NCBI GenBank assembly: GCA_963766715.1
Contig: CAVYBH010000001.1
Span: forward strand, 224,001-288,000
Origin: an uncultured delta proteobacterium
GTDB lineage: Bacteria > Myxococcota > Myxococcia > Myxococcales > Anaeromyxobacteraceae
Direction of reading: 5' to 3'
Length of the DNA: 64,000 nt
The notes under the pieces: generated by a model
Told to the model about the DNA's origin: nothing
The model's input: the letters and a program-made list of their open reading frames with translations, nothing else
The model's database searches: none
Translations under genes and position numbers: made by a program
Shown: positions 15,150 through 26,611 of the stretch, one piece after another
Layout of the letters: each line of letters starts with the position of its first letter
Numbering within the stretch: position 1 is the stretch's first letter

Positions 15150-15689
15150 ATGCTGAAGAAAATCCTGATCGCCGTGGTCGCCATCGTCGCCGTCTTCGCC
15201 GTCTACGTGTCCACCCGGCCGGCCACCTACCGCGTCGAGCGGACCCTGGTGGTGAAGGCGCCGGCCGAGGCCCTCTACGGCCAGGTCGTCGACTTCCGGA
15301 AGTGGCCCGCCTGGAGCCCCTGGGCGAACCTCGACCCCGCCATGAAGACCGACTTCACCGGCCCCGACGCCGCGCCGGGCTCCGTCTACCACTGGAAGGG
15401 CAACGACAAGGTGGGCGAGGGGCGCATGACCATCACCGGCGTGAAGCCCGACCAGGTCGTCGACATCAAGCTCGAGTTCATCAAGCCCTGGGAGCAGGTC
15501 AGCCAGACCGAGTTCACCTTCGTGCCCGACGGCGCAGGGACCCGGGTGACCTGGTCGATGTCCGGGGACCAGGACTTCGTGGGCAAGCTCTTCAGCGTCT
15601 TCATGAACATGGACAAGATGGTCGGGCCCGACTTCGAGAAGGGGCTGGCCTCGCTCCAGCGCATCGCCGAGGGGAAGCCGGCGCCCTGA
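15150..15689 (+). CDS. SRPBCC/START-like (polyketide cyclase family) membrane-anchored protein
   Basis: N-terminal TM helix, WSPW..LDP, VGEGRMTI, MDKMVGPDFEKGL. Confidence 0.85.
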   Translation: MLKKILIAVVAIVAVFAVYVSTRPATYRVERTLVVKAPAEALYGQVVDFRKWPAWSPWANLDPAMKTDFTGPDAAPGSVYHWKGNDKVGEGRMTITGVKPDQVVDIKLEFIKPWEQVSQTEFTFVPDGAGTRVTWSMSGDQDFVGKLFSVFMNMDKMVGPDFEKGLASLQRIAEGKPAP

Positions 15690-15701
15690 CCGGTCCGTGA
15701 C

Positions 15702-15737
15702 CCAGGCCGCGGCTCAGGCCGCGACTCAGGCCGCGAC
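15702..15737. repeat. 3 x 12-bp tandem repeat (YCAGGCCGCGRC) duplicating the GT4 stop region
   Basis: ccaggccgcggc-tcaggccgcgac-tcaggccgcgac read directly from the sequence. Confidence 0.7.
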
Positions 15738-16835
15738 GACGCCGTCGCCGTAGGCCGCGAGCGTCTTCCGCGCCATCGACTCCAGCGAGAACCCCGCGCG
15801 AACCCGCGCCTGCCCGGCCGCGCCGAGCCGGGCGGCGAGCGCCGGGTCGGAGAGCAGCGCGACGACGGCCGCGGCGAACGCGCCGGGATCGCCCGACTCG
15901 AAGAGCAGCCCCGACTCGCCGTGGACGACCAGCTCCGGGATGCCGCCCACGCGCGCGGCCACCACCGGGACGCCGGCGGCCATGGCCTCGGCGAGGGCGA
16001 GGCCGAGCGCCTCCTGCCGGGAGGGGAGGGTGGCGACGGTGAGGTCGGGGACGAGCCGGGCGGGGTCGTCGCGGTGGCCGAGGAAGTGGACCGAGCCGGC
16101 GATGCCCAGCGAGCGGGCCTGCGCCTCGAGGGCCGCCGTGGTCTTGCCGGCGTCGGCGTCGCCGCCGAGGAACACGAAGCGCGTCGACGGGTGGCTCGCC
16201 AGGATCGCCGGCGCGGCGCGGAGCAGGAGCTCCTGCCCCTTCGCGCCGCTGAGCCGCCCCGACAGGCCGACGAGCGGCACGCCGGCGTCGACGCCCAGCT
16301 CGCTCCGCAGGACGCCGCGCGGCGCCGAGGCGAACCGCTCCACGTCGATGCCGTTGTGCACCACGGCGACGAGCTCCGGAGGGACCTTGCCGGCGAGCTC
16401 GGCGGCGACGGCTCCGGAGACCGCGATGATCCGGTGCAGCCCGCGCGCCACCCAGCGCTTCCAGGGATTCGACCCGCGAGCCTTGGCGAGGTGGCGGGTG
16501 ACCACGACCCGGACGCCCGGGAGGCCCGAGGCGGCGAGGCGGCCCGTCGACCAGTCCTGGACCTGGTGGCCGTGGAGGACGTCGACGTGCTCGGCCAGGC
16601 AGAAGGCGCGCAGCTTCCAGGCGGCGCGCGGCTGGATCGTCCCGCTGGAGAGGACCGGGAGCACGTCGAACCCCTCCGCGGCGGCCGCGCGCGCGAGCGG
16701 CGAGTCGGGGCGGCAGGCGATGGTGATGCGGCAGCCGCTCTGGACGAGCGCGTGGGACAGGCCGAGGACGTGCACCTCTCCGCCGCCCCAGCCCTTGGCC
16801 GAGCTCACCTGGAGGACGTGCAGGGCGCGGGGCAC
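15726..16835 (-). CDS. glycosyltransferase family 4
   Basis: GGGEVHV, VHNGID, EALGLALAEAMAAGVPVVA..VGGIPE. Confidence 0.9.
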   Translation of the reverse strand: MPRALHVLQVSSAKGWGGGEVHVLGLSHALVQSGCRITIACRPDSPLARAAAAEGFDVLPVLSSGTIQPRAAWKLRAFCLAEHVDVLHGHQVQDWSTGRLAASGLPGVRVVVTRHLAKARGSNPWKRWVARGLHRIIAVSGAVAAELAGKVPPELVAVVHNGIDVERFASAPRGVLRSELGVDAGVPLVGLSGRLSGAKGQELLLRAAPAILASHPSTRFVFLGGDADAGKTTAALEAQARSLGIAGSVHFLGHRDDPARLVPDLTVATLPSRQEALGLALAEAMAAGVPVVAARVGGIPELVVHGESGLLFESGDPGAFAAAVVALLSDPALAARLGAAGQARVRAGFSLESMARKTLAAYGDGVVAA

Positions 16836-16845
16836 GAGGCGCCGG

Positions 16846-17229
16846 TCAGTGCTTCAGGGACGCCGGGTGCGCCTCCTCCTCGAAGCCGTGGGCCACGAGG
16901 AAGTGGTAGACCGCCGAGGGGTCGCTGGCGCCGCCCACCACCTCGAAGAGGAAGTGGCGCTCCCCTTCCTCCTCCGCCTCGAGGGTGGACTGCACGTAGA
17001 TCGCCTCGCGGACGTCGAGGACGATCTCGGCGATGATCTGCTTGCCCCGGACCAGCTGCACCGACGGGTTGCGGTCCGGGTCCTCCTCCAGGTGCCAGTG
17101 GAGGTCGTCCTGATCGTACAGCCAGACGTCGGGGGTGCCCGCCCGCAGGATGCAGTTGGGGTGGTGCTTCAACCACTTCCAGAAGCGTTCGAACGGGAGC
17201 GTGGCGCCCGACTGGACGGTGAGGGACAT
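16846..17229 (-). CDS. hypothetical protein (127 aa)
   Basis: Clean GC3-biased frame MSLTVQSGATLPFERFWKWLKHHPNC...; TATAGT -10-like box 9 nt upstream. Confidence 0.7.
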   Translation of the reverse strand: MSLTVQSGATLPFERFWKWLKHHPNCILRAGTPDVWLYDQDDLHWHLEEDPDRNPSVQLVRGKQIIAEIVLDVREAIYVQSTLEAEEEGERHFLFEVVGGASDPSAVYHFLVAHGFEEEAHPASLKH

Positions 17230-17258
17230 GTGCGCGGGACTATAACCCCGCGGTGGCG

Positions 17259-17472
17259 TCAGGCGCTGGCCTGGGGCGGGTAGGCGACGGCGACCTGGCC
17301 GTTCGCCTCCCAGACGAACGGGCGCGGAGATCCAGCCGCAGCGGGCGCAGTAGCCGCGCATCGTGCCGGGCGTCGCCCGCACGCTCATGGGCCCCTCGCA
17401 CACGGCGCAGCCGCCGGAGACGGTGAATTCCCGGGACTCGGGGGCGGGGGTGGTGTCGCGGTCGGGATGCAT
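17259..17472 (-). CDS. small CxxC...CxxC zinc-ribbon-like protein (about 70 aa; one frameshift near 17317)
   Basis: CAVC...CARC; removing one base restores ...PVVWEANGQVAVAYPPQASA-stop; own promoter-like TTGCCA-16-TACCTT. Confidence 0.55.
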
Positions 17473-17479
17473 GTCGTCG

Positions 17480-17507
17480 AAGGTAACCACGCCCCGGGAG
17501 GTGGCAA
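17480..17507 (-). promoter_or_regulatory. sigma70-like leaderless promoter
   Basis: Minus strand TTGCCA-16 nt-TACCTT-7 nt-ATG(17472). Confidence 0.5.
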
Positions 17508-17539
17508 GCGGTCCGTCGCGCCGGCAGCCGCCGCGGCGC

Positions 17540-18535
17540 TCAGCCGCGCGCCAGCCGGGGGAGCAGGTACCCGAGAGACCGGTCGTATCGGTAGTTCACG
17601 TCCCGGTGCCCGTCGTCGAACTCCTCGTGGACGGCCTCGACGCCGCCTTCGCGGAGCGACGCGGCGACCATGCGGGCGCCCCAGCGGAGGTTGAACTCGT
17701 CCCGCGTGCCGCAGTCGAGGAACACGCTCGAGAGCCGGCGGAAGGCGTCGAGCGACGCGGGGACGAAGCGGACCGGGTCGTGGGCGAGCCAGCGCTCCCA
17801 GACCTCGGGGCGGAGGCGCGCGGTCTCCGGGTCGAAGGGAAGCTCCAGGCCGGCCGGGGCGCCGGCCTTCGGGGAGTAGGCGGCGGCCATGGCCAGGATG
17901 TTGAGCGGTGCGTGGTCGTCGCCGCGCATCTTCGTCTCGAGGGCCCGGCGCCGGAGGTCCTCGAGCCAGGTACCGGGGTCCGTGCCGAGCAGCGCGCCCG
18001 CGGTGCGCGGGAAGTCGGGCAGGTAGCAGTACTCGAACGCGGCGTCCCCGGCGTGGGAGCCGACGTGGCCGAAGACGTCCGGGTGGTGGCGACCCATCAC
18101 GAGCGCGCCGTAGCCGCCGGACGACTTGCCCACCACCGCCCGGGCCGAGGGGTGGGGGAGGGTGCCCAGCTTCGCGTCGACGAAGGACACGACGTCCCGG
18201 GCCACGTAGTCGCGGTAGTCGCCGATGGCCGGGCTGTTCACCCACTGGCTGCCGCCGAACGCCGTCCAGCCGTCGATGAAGACCCCCACCGTGGGCGGGA
18301 CCTTGCCGGACGCGACGAGCCGGTCGAGCCGCTCCGGCACGGTGAGGCCGAAGCCCGGGAAGCCGGTCCAGGAGTGGGCACTGCCCGTGAACCCGTGGAG
18401 GAAGTAGACGGCCGGCAGGCCGGGGCGGAAGCCGGGCGGGCGGTACAGGTAGACGGGTCGGCGCGACGGGTCGCCGAGCGGGTTGCCGCGCAGCGCGGGT
18501 GCGTCGATCTCGTCCAGGTCCAGACGACCTTCCAT
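17540..18535 (-). CDS. putative esterase (enterochelin-esterase-like alpha/beta hydrolase)
   Basis: NPLGDP, YFLHGFTG, GKSSGGYG nucleophile motif, DCGTRDEF, FDDGH; SD GGAGGGAG. Confidence 0.85.
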   Translation of the reverse strand: MEGRLDLDEIDAPALRGNPLGDPSRRPVYLYRPPGFRPGLPAVYFLHGFTGSAHSWTGFPGFGLTVPERLDRLVASGKVPPTVGVFIDGWTAFGGSQWVNSPAIGDYRDYVARDVVSFVDAKLGTLPHPSARAVVGKSSGGYGALVMGRHHPDVFGHVGSHAGDAAFEYCYLPDFPRTAGALLGTDPGTWLEDLRRRALETKMRGDDHAPLNILAMAAAYSPKAGAPAGLELPFDPETARLRPEVWERWLAHDPVRFVPASLDAFRRLSSVFLDCGTRDEFNLRWGARMVAASLREGGVEAVHEEFDDGHRDVNYRYDRSLGYLLPRLARG

Positions 18536-18578
18536 GGGTCTCTCCCTCCGGTGGGTTACCGGATAGGATAGCCCGCTC

Positions 18579-19181
18579 ATGCCCTCCGGACTCGTCGAGA
18601 GCTTCGGCCACGCCCTGCGCGGACTCGTCGAGGTCACGGCGCGCGAGCGGAACATGAAGATCCACGTGCTGGCCGGCACCGGGGTCGGTCTCCTGGCCGC
18701 CGAGGTGGCGCTTCCGCTCCCGGCGCGCCTCGCGCTCGTGCTGGCCGTGATGCTGGTGGTGGCCGCCGAGATGGGCAACAGCGCGCTCGAGGCGCTCGTC
18801 GACCTGCACACGAAGGAGTTTCGCGAGGAGGCCCGCCGCGTGAAGGATGCCGCGGCCGGCGGCGTCCTCGTCCTCGCGATCGGTGCGGTGCTGCTCGCCC
18901 TCGCCGTCGCGGTGGGGAACTCGGACGCCGTCCGGGTGGCGTTCGAGCGGCGCGGCGTGCACCTCGTCCTCGCCGCCGGCGTGCTCCTGCTCGAGGGCTT
19001 CCTCCTCTTCGGCCGGGGCCGCTCCGCGCTCCTCGACGGCATCGCCATCGCGGTCGGGGCCGTGCTCGCGAGCTTCCTCGGATACGGCAGCCAGAGCGGC
19101 GCGCTGTCCCTCACCGCCATCTTCCTCTTCGCGCTCGCGGGATCGTCGGCGCTCTTCGCACGGTCCACGGAGAAGGCATGA
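18579..19181 (+). CDS. dgkA: diacylglycerol/undecaprenol kinase family with extra C-terminal TM helices
   Basis: ERNMKIH, AEMGNSALEALVD, KDAAAGGV motifs. Confidence 0.8.
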   Translation: MPSGLVESFGHALRGLVEVTARERNMKIHVLAGTGVGLLAAEVALPLPARLALVLAVMLVVAAEMGNSALEALVDLHTKEFREEARRVKDAAAGGVLVLAIGAVLLALAVAVGNSDAVRVAFERRGVHLVLAAGVLLLEGFLLFGRGRSALLDGIAIAVGAVLASFLGYGSQSGALSLTAIFLFALAGSSALFARSTEKA

Positions 19182-20716
19182 GACTGCCGCGGTTCCTCGC
19201 CCTCCTCCTCGCCATCCATTCACCTTGCGTCGCGTTGCTGACGGTATCGCTGGCCGTCGCCAGGCCCTCCATCGCCGCCGCCGCGGAGGCGCTTCCGAAG
19301 TACGGCGTCTCCCCGCTCCTCCCGCCCGAGCACTGGGCGGTCCGCGCCGCGGCGCGCCTCGACGGCGTGGGGCTCGTCACCGGCTACCTGCCCGCCAACC
19401 AGGCCGCGCCCATGTACATGGTCTGGGCGGCGCTCGAGGAGGGGGCCCGCCGCGCGGAGAAGGAGCGGCCGGCCATGGCCGCGCTCGCCAGGGGCTGGAA
19501 GGAGAAGTTCCAGGCCGAGTGGCGCGGCATCGACGAGAAGGGGCTCCTCCGCTTCCTGGGCGGACAGGCGTCCATCGGCTACGAGTGGGACGGCGTCTCG
19601 CCGGAGCCCGCTGCGGTGCCGCCGGCCGCGTGGTCCCTCACCCCGCCGCACGACCCGACGCCGGTCCTGGCGGTCGAGGCCGCCGGCGCCCTCGACGACT
19701 ACCTGGCGCTGCTCGTCGCCCCGGTGGGCACGGCCTGGCAGCTGCGCTGGGCCGGCGAGCTCGTGGCCGGCATCGGCCCGGTGTCGCTGTCGGCCGGCCG
19801 CGCGCCCGCGCAGACCGGATTCGCGTCGCCCGGAGGCGGAGTGGTCTTCGGCGGAGAGTCCCTGCGCGACCGGGTGGCCTTCCAGATCTACCGGCCCGTG
19901 GACATCTACATCGGGCTCCTCACGCTCGACGTGTCGCTGGCGCGGCTGGGGTCGCCGCACCACGCCCCGAACACGCTTCTCTGGGAGTGGTCGCTCCAGT
20001 ACCAGCCGGTGCCGCGCCTCACCTTCGGCGTGCAGAGCGGGATCATGATGGGCGGCTCCACCTGGGAGACGCTGACCGGCGCGCCCTTCACCTTCAGCGA
20101 CTTCATGCACGTCATCACCTACCGGGGGAACGGATCCGAGAACAACCTCTTCTCGATCTCCGGGCGATGGCGGCTGCCCACCGAGGACTGGGTGCCCATC
20201 ACCATCTACGGCGAGTGGGGCGCCGACGACAACGGCGGGGCCTGGTACCAGGCCCCGGGCCTGGACGCCGGGATTCTCGTCCCCAGCCTGCCCTTCGCCC
20301 CCGAGGTCTCGGTCGGCCTCGAGTGGAGCTTCTTCGGCACGGTCTGCCAGCCAGGCGCGCCCGACGGCGGGCTCTGCCGCCCGCCCGACTTCCCGCTCAA
20401 CTGGTACACGCACGCCTACAGCTGGACGCAGTTCGACCAGCCGCTCGGCCACCGGATGGGCGGCAACGGCCGCGAGCTCTTCCTGTACGCCGCCGCCGAC
20501 CTGCTCGACGCGCGGCTCCTCGTGCGCGGCGACGTCTTCCTGCGCGACCGCTTCTCCGCCAACCTCTACGCGCCGTACACCGGCCGGAGCGGCGGCTTCG
20601 ACCTGCAGGCCACCTGGCGCATCGGGATCGGCGAGCTGGGCGTGAACGGCGGGCTGGAGGCCGGCAGCGGCTGGACCTCGGGCGGCGCCGGCGCGCGCGC
20701 GACCGTGTTCTTCTAG
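19178..20716 (+). CDS. wzi: capsule assembly Wzi-family outer-membrane beta-barrel
   Basis: Signal peptide, P.EHWA..A..RL, YGEWGADD, WYTH, PLGHRMGGNG, C-terminal aromatic FF. Confidence 0.65.
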   Translation: MRLPRFLALLLAIHSPCVALLTVSLAVARPSIAAAAEALPKYGVSPLLPPEHWAVRAAARLDGVGLVTGYLPANQAAPMYMVWAALEEGARRAEKERPAMAALARGWKEKFQAEWRGIDEKGLLRFLGGQASIGYEWDGVSPEPAAVPPAAWSLTPPHDPTPVLAVEAAGALDDYLALLVAPVGTAWQLRWAGELVAGIGPVSLSAGRAPAQTGFASPGGGVVFGGESLRDRVAFQIYRPVDIYIGLLTLDVSLARLGSPHHAPNTLLWEWSLQYQPVPRLTFGVQSGIMMGGSTWETLTGAPFTFSDFMHVITYRGNGSENNLFSISGRWRLPTEDWVPITIYGEWGADDNGGAWYQAPGLDAGILVPSLPFAPEVSVGLEWSFFGTVCQPGAPDGGLCRPPDFPLNWYTHAYSWTQFDQPLGHRMGGNGRELFLYAAADLLDARLLVRGDVFLRDRFSANLYAPYTGRSGGFDLQATWRIGIGELGVNGGLEAGSGWTSGGAGARATVFF

Positions 20717-20726
20717 GCTCCGCGTC

Positions 20727-21782
20727 CTAGAAGGTCGCGTTCTGGCCTGGCGGCTCGTGGACGTTCGCGTCACGGCCCGTGGCGCCATGTGGGCCGCGCC
20801 CCGGACGCGTGTGCCGTCGGTGAACCGGTCCATCCAGTCGTCGCCGAAGGCCTGCCGGGCCGCGAGCTGGTTGTGGAACCGGCAGACGAGCCGGCAGTTC
20901 TCGACCGTCGAAGGACCGCCGCGGGCCCGCGGGATCACGTGGTCGATCTCCAGGCAGAGCTTCGAGTCGCAGGTGCCGCCGCCCTCGACCGGCCACTGGC
21001 ACCGGCCCTTGTCCCTCGCCCAGACGGCGCGCTTCACCGCGGGTGGCACCTGGCGCCGCCGCTTCTCCTGCTGCGCCAGGAGGAGGTCCAGCGCGGCATC
21101 CAGGACATGCTCCGCGGTCGCCCCGGGCTGGACGTGTGCCTGGCCTGCGCGCGCCCGCTCGAGCTTCTCGAGCAACTGCTTCGAGACGGTGACGTGGAGG
21201 CGGCGGAGGTCGGGGTGAGGCCACGGCCACGGAGCGGGACTACGGAAGGGGCACCGGACCGGAGGCTAAGCGGCGGCGGGAGCGCGGACCCTTTCGCGGT
21301 CGGGTCGGGTCCAGTTCAACCGGTTGAACTGGGAGTCGGGGGCGGCTGGCGGCGTCCGCGACGCGTCCGTCACGACCACCCGCCGCGGCACGAGCTCGGC
21401 CGGCCGGATCTCGACGGCCGTCGCCTGCGCCTCCCGCCTCGACAGGTGGAAGAAGCGCGGGAGCACGTCGGCCCGGTTCTCCGGGGTGATGACGCGGGCC
21501 AGCTCGATCACGCTGGTGATGCACAGCCTGCCGTCGCGGAGGGGCTCGACCACCTCCGGGTAGGCCTGCAGCAGCGTTGCTGCGACCTTGCGGTAGTGGG
21601 CGGACCCTCGGGAGAGCTGCAGCTCCCGGTGCAGGTAGTCGAACAGGCTCGCGTGGCCCAGCTCGACCCAGAGCCGTTGCCGGTCGAAGTCTGGCGAGCG
21701 CGACGAGGAAGTCGGCCATGGCGTCGTGCTCGCGGCGGAGGAGCTCGGTGAGGCGGAGGGAGGACTCGTGTGCGTGGTTCAT
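20727..21782 (-). CDS. HNH endonuclease with DUF222-like N-terminus (several frameshifts)
   Basis: LLRREHDAMADFLVALA N-terminus; VWARDKGRCQW...C...LEIDHVIPRARGGPSTVENCRLVCRFHN HNH domain. Confidence 0.85.
21311..21332. repeat. perfect 22-bp palindrome inside the HNH gene linker
   Basis: CCAGTTCAACCGGTTGAACTGG equals its own reverse complement. Confidence 0.9.
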
Positions 21783-21796
21783 GGGCGCGAGGGGCT

Positions 21797-21812
21797 TGCA
21801 GGTTCAGGGCCA
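21797..21812 (-). promoter_or_regulatory. possible sigma54 promoter for the HNH gene
   Basis: Minus strand TGGCCCTGAACCTGCA has GG-N10-GC spacing, 14 nt before the ATG. Confidence 0.35.
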
Positions 21813-21926
21813 CGGGCGGATCGAGCCGTGCAAGCGCCCTGGAGGGGCGAAATCGACACCCAGGCCGATGCAGCCTCGTTCTTCCCCGAGGTATCCGGTC
21901 GGCTGCTGGTAGACTCCCGGCCACTC

Positions 21927-23121
21927 ATGCGCTGCCGAATTCCTACCTTTCTCGCCCGCCCGACATCCCGGACGAGGGCATCCGTGCGGTCGAGGAGCTC
22001 CTCCGCTCCGACTGGCCCACCACCGGAGCCCGCGCCCGCCAGTTCGAGGAGGAGTTCGCGGCCTACGTGGGGTCGACGGCCGCGCTCGCGGTGAGCTCCG
22101 GGACGGCGGCGATGCAGGTCTCGCTGGCGGCTTTCGGCGTCCGCGCCGGCGACCGGGTCGCCACCACGCCGCTGACCTTCTGCGCGACCGCCCACGTGAT
22201 CGAGCACATGGGCGCGAGGCCCGTGTTCGTCGACGTGGACCCGGAGACGCTCGACATCTCCCCGGCCGAGCTCGAGCGGGCGCTCTCCGCGCGAGAAGTT
22301 CGCCGCGATCATGCCCGTGCACCTCTACGGGCACCCGTGCGACATGGATCCCATCCTCGCGCTGGCGAGGAGCCACGGCTGCGTGGTCGTCGAGGACGCC
22401 GCCCATGCGTTCCCGGCCACCTACCGGGGCGGCCACGTGGGCTCGCTCGCCGAGCGGGCCGGCGTGCCGGGCTCCGCGTGCTTCTCCTTCTACGCCACGA
22501 AGAACATCACCACCGTCGAGGGCGGGATGGTCACCGGCGACGCCGACTTCATCGCCGAGGCGCGCCTCTGGAGCCTGCACGGCATCGATCGGGACACCTG
22601 GGCGCGGCAGCACGGCGGCAGCTCCTGGGGCTACGAGGTGGTGCGCCCCGGGATTCAAGTGCAACATGCCCGACATCTCGGCCGTCCTCGGGCTCGCGCA
22701 GCTCCAGCGCGTGCGTGCCATGCAGCGGCGCCGCCGGGAGATCGTCGCGCGGTACAACCAGGCCTTCGCCCAGGTGCCCGGGCTGCAGCTCCCCGCCAAC
22801 CGGCCGGAGGTCGGGCACGCCTGGCAACTCTACGCGCTCCGCCTGGATCCGGCGGCCTTCCGCTGGGAAGCCGGGGACTGCCAGACGGGCTTCATCGAGG
22901 CCCTCAAGGACCGGAACATCGGGGCCTCGGTGCACTTCGTCCCGCTGCACCTGCAGCCCTACTACCGCGACCGCTACGGTCTCCGGCCCGAAGACTTCCC
23001 GGTCGCCGACCGGGAGTCGCGGCGCCTGGTCAGCCTTCCCCTCTTCACGCGGATGACCGACGTGGACGTCCAGGACGTCATCGAGGCCGTCGTCGACGTG
23101 GTGACCCGAAACCGCCGATGA
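21927..23121 (+). CDS. DegT/DnrJ/EryC1/StrS PLP aminotransferase (frameshifted)
   Basis: VSSGTAA, PVHLYG, EDAAHA, FSFYATKNITT.EGG, SVHFVPLH. Confidence 0.9.
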
Positions 23122-23171
23122 ACCCCGACGAGCCGCGAGCCCCGAGCGAGTCGAGGACCCGAGGAGGTCGA

Positions 23172-23872
23172 ATGACCGAGACCGGAAAGGCGGCCCGGGA
23201 GGCCGAGCGGATCCGGCAGGTGTACGCCGAGTACGACGCCAGCCCGGACGCCCAGAGGCGATGGACCCCGCCCAGCCGGGCAACGCCGCGAACCGCGCCC
23301 GACTGAAGGACGGGCTGGCCGCCCTGCTGCCCGGCATCGCGGGGATGGACGTGCTCGAGATCGGTTGCGGCCCCGGCGACGTCCTGGAGCTCATGAAGGA
23401 GATCGGCGCCCGGGAGGAGCGGCTCACCGGCGTCGACCTGCGAGAGGGTGCGATCCGCCAGGCAGCAGCGCGACTCCCGCGCGCCACGCTTCGCGTCGAG
23501 AACGCGGAGCGGCTCCCCTTCGCCGACGCGTCCTTCGACGCCGTGCTGCTCTTCACCGTGCTGAGCTCCGTCCTGAACGGCGAGTCCCAGGAAGCCATCG
23601 CCGCCGAGGCGGCGCGCGTGCTCCGTCCGGGGGGCGTCGTCGTCTGGTACGAGATGCGCCTGCCCAACCCCTGGAACCGGCACGTGCGCCCCGTCTCCCG
23701 GCGCGACGTGGCCAGGCTCTTCCCGGGCCTGGAGCCCGACCTGAGCGGCGCGACGCTCGTCCCCCAGCTGGCCCGGATGCTGGGACCGCTGACCGGCGCG
23801 ATGTTCCCGCTGCTCCACGCGTTCCCCGTGCTCCGCTCCCACTGGCTGGGGCTGCTCCGGAAGCGTGCGTGA
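23172..23872 (+). CDS. class I SAM-dependent methyltransferase (one frameshift near 23265)
   Basis: VLEIGCGPG, LPFADASFDAV, RVLRPGG; SD GAGGAGG. Confidence 0.85.
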
Positions 23873-24447
23873 CGCGCCTGCTCGACATCGTCGGCGCCGC
23901 GCTCCTCCTGCTCCTCTTCTCTCCCGTCCTCCTGGTGGCAGGGATCCTCGTCGCATGGGATTCGCCGGGCGGCGTCCTCTTCGGGCAGGAGCGGATCGGG
24001 CAGGGGATGAGGCCGTTTCGCATCCACAAGCTGCGAACCATGTCGGTGGCGCCCGGCGTTCCGGACTTCGACCTCACGTCCACGCGGATCACGCGCGTGG
24101 GTCGCTGGCTGCGGCGCTGGAAGCTGGACGAGCTGCCGCAGCTCTGGAACGTGCTCGTGGGAGAGATGAGCTTCGTCGGCCCGCGTCCCGAGCTTCGCCG
24201 CTACGTGGAGCTCTTCCGGAGCGACTACGAGGTGCTCCTCCGGCGCCGCCCGGGCCTGACCGACCCGGCGTCGATCGCGTACCGCCACGAGGCCGAGATG
24301 CTGGCCCGGGACCCGGACCCCGAGGCGGCCTACGTGGGGAGGATCCTTCCCGACAAGCTGCGGCTTTCCCGGGAGTACGCCGGGAGCCGGACGCTGCTCA
24401 CCGACCTCGGCGTCGTCCTTCGGACCGTCGGCTCCCTGTTCGGCTGA
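23869..24447 (+). CDS. bacterial sugar (phosphoglycosyl) transferase
   Basis: RLLDIVGA, KLRTM, RITRVGRWLR..KLDELPQLWNVL.GEMSFVGPRPE, RPGLTD. Confidence 0.92.
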   Translation: MTRLLDIVGAALLLLLFSPVLLVAGILVAWDSPGGVLFGQERIGQGMRPFRIHKLRTMSVAPGVPDFDLTSTRITRVGRWLRRWKLDELPQLWNVLVGEMSFVGPRPELRRYVELFRSDYEVLLRRRPGLTDPASIAYRHEAEMLARDPDPEAAYVGRILPDKLRLSREYAGSRTLLTDLGVVLRTVGSLFG

Positions 24448-24497
24448 AGCGCCCCCGAGCGCCCGGTACCGCCGGCGCGCGGCCGCCGCGCTCCCAG

Positions 24498-26542
<2,045 letters not shown>

Positions 26543-26611
26543 CGAGCGACCGCGAGCCCCGCCCCCGCGGGAATGGACTCCGGGCGGCGATCCGCGCTAG
26601 TCACTCCCTCC

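Noticed and set aside
21791..21807. Myxococcus-type LexA box upstream of the HNH gene
   Set aside because: Only the GTTCAGG half matches; the left half does not.
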